Assembly: GCA_963845565.1 (NCBI GenBank)
Contig: CAWJSJ010000002.1
Coordinates: forward strand, 1,344,001 to 1,408,000
Source of the DNA: an uncultured Methylomirabilota bacterium
Lineage (GTDB): Bacteria > Methylomirabilota > Methylomirabilia > Methylomirabilales > 2-02-FULL-66-22
Length of the DNA: 64,000 bases
Reading direction: 5' to 3'
Made by a program: the position numbers and the translations under genes. Of this stretch, positions 63,725 through 64,000 are shown piece after piece. The notes under the pieces were generated by a model that ran no database searches, was not told the origin of the DNA, and worked only from the letters and a program-made list of their open reading frames with translations. Every line of letters begins with the position of its first letter. Position 1 is the stretch's first letter.

Positions 63725-64000
63725 TCTCGAGGTCACCATCCGCGAGACGGCGGCCCGGCTGCTCCGAGAGGGGCAGGTCGCGGTCGTCTTGGGCTACGAG
63801 GCCGGCAGCGTGCCGTTCCGGACCGCACCCGCCTTCATCGAGCGGGCCGAAGATGCGGGGCGGCTGGTGTGGAACCGCTTCTGCACCAACAATCTCGCCG
63901 TCTACCTGCCCAAGCTCAAAGGCGCCGGCCGCATCGCCCTTTTGGCCAAGGGCTGCGACGCGCGCTCGGCGGTCACGCTGATTCAGGAGCACCAGATCCT
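63717..64000 (+). CDS. FlxC/FrhB-like Fe-S subunit (3' partial)
   Basis: MSNLEVTIRETAARLL...VLGY...CTNNLAVYL...KGCDARS; overlaps mvhD stop; not in ORF track. Confidence 0.75.
   Translation, partial: MSNLEVTIRETAARLLREGQVAVVLGYEAGSVPFRTAPAFIERAEDAGRLVWNRFCTNNLAVYLPKLKGAGRIALLAKGCDARSAVTLIQEHQI

Overview
GC-rich bacterial chromosomal segment, probably an uncultured anaerobe or facultative anaerobe (taxon not determinable here). About 25 single-base frameshifts in otherwise intact genes suggest an uncorrected long-read assembly. No rRNA, tRNA, CRISPR array, integrase or transposase was seen. Content: (1) 1-24 kb, a solute-uptake and catabolic region with two NitT/TauT-type ABC systems, two TRAP systems, a GntR/UTRA regulator, Zn-dehydrogenase, cyclase, divergent PdxA, SDRs, AKR and TIM-barrel isomerases; (2) 24-41 kb, mixed metabolic genes (methyltransferase, YdjC, ROK, AOR+MoaD, MFS, PCD, DUF2148, class-V aminotransferase, BASS transporter, AttH-type ABC operon, AKR); (3) 41-47 kb, TetR plus a heavily frameshifted AcrAB-like RND locus; (4) 47-57 kb, GH63, GH13, MscS, tandem-domain ThyX, DEDD nuclease; (5) 57-64 kb, an hdrCB-[FeS + fumarate-reductase-like flavoprotein]-hdrA-mvhD/flxD-flxC operon running off the window. 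Best leads: the soluble fumarate-reductase-like module embedded in an Hdr/Flx operon; several families of non-coding palindromic repeats (two MITE-like families at stop codons, one with compensatory base changes, plus a tiny GNA-loop hairpin nested in them); an orphan riboswitch-like attenuator upstream of a secreted TIM-barrel protein; and a PdxA homologue lacking its substrate-binding residues.
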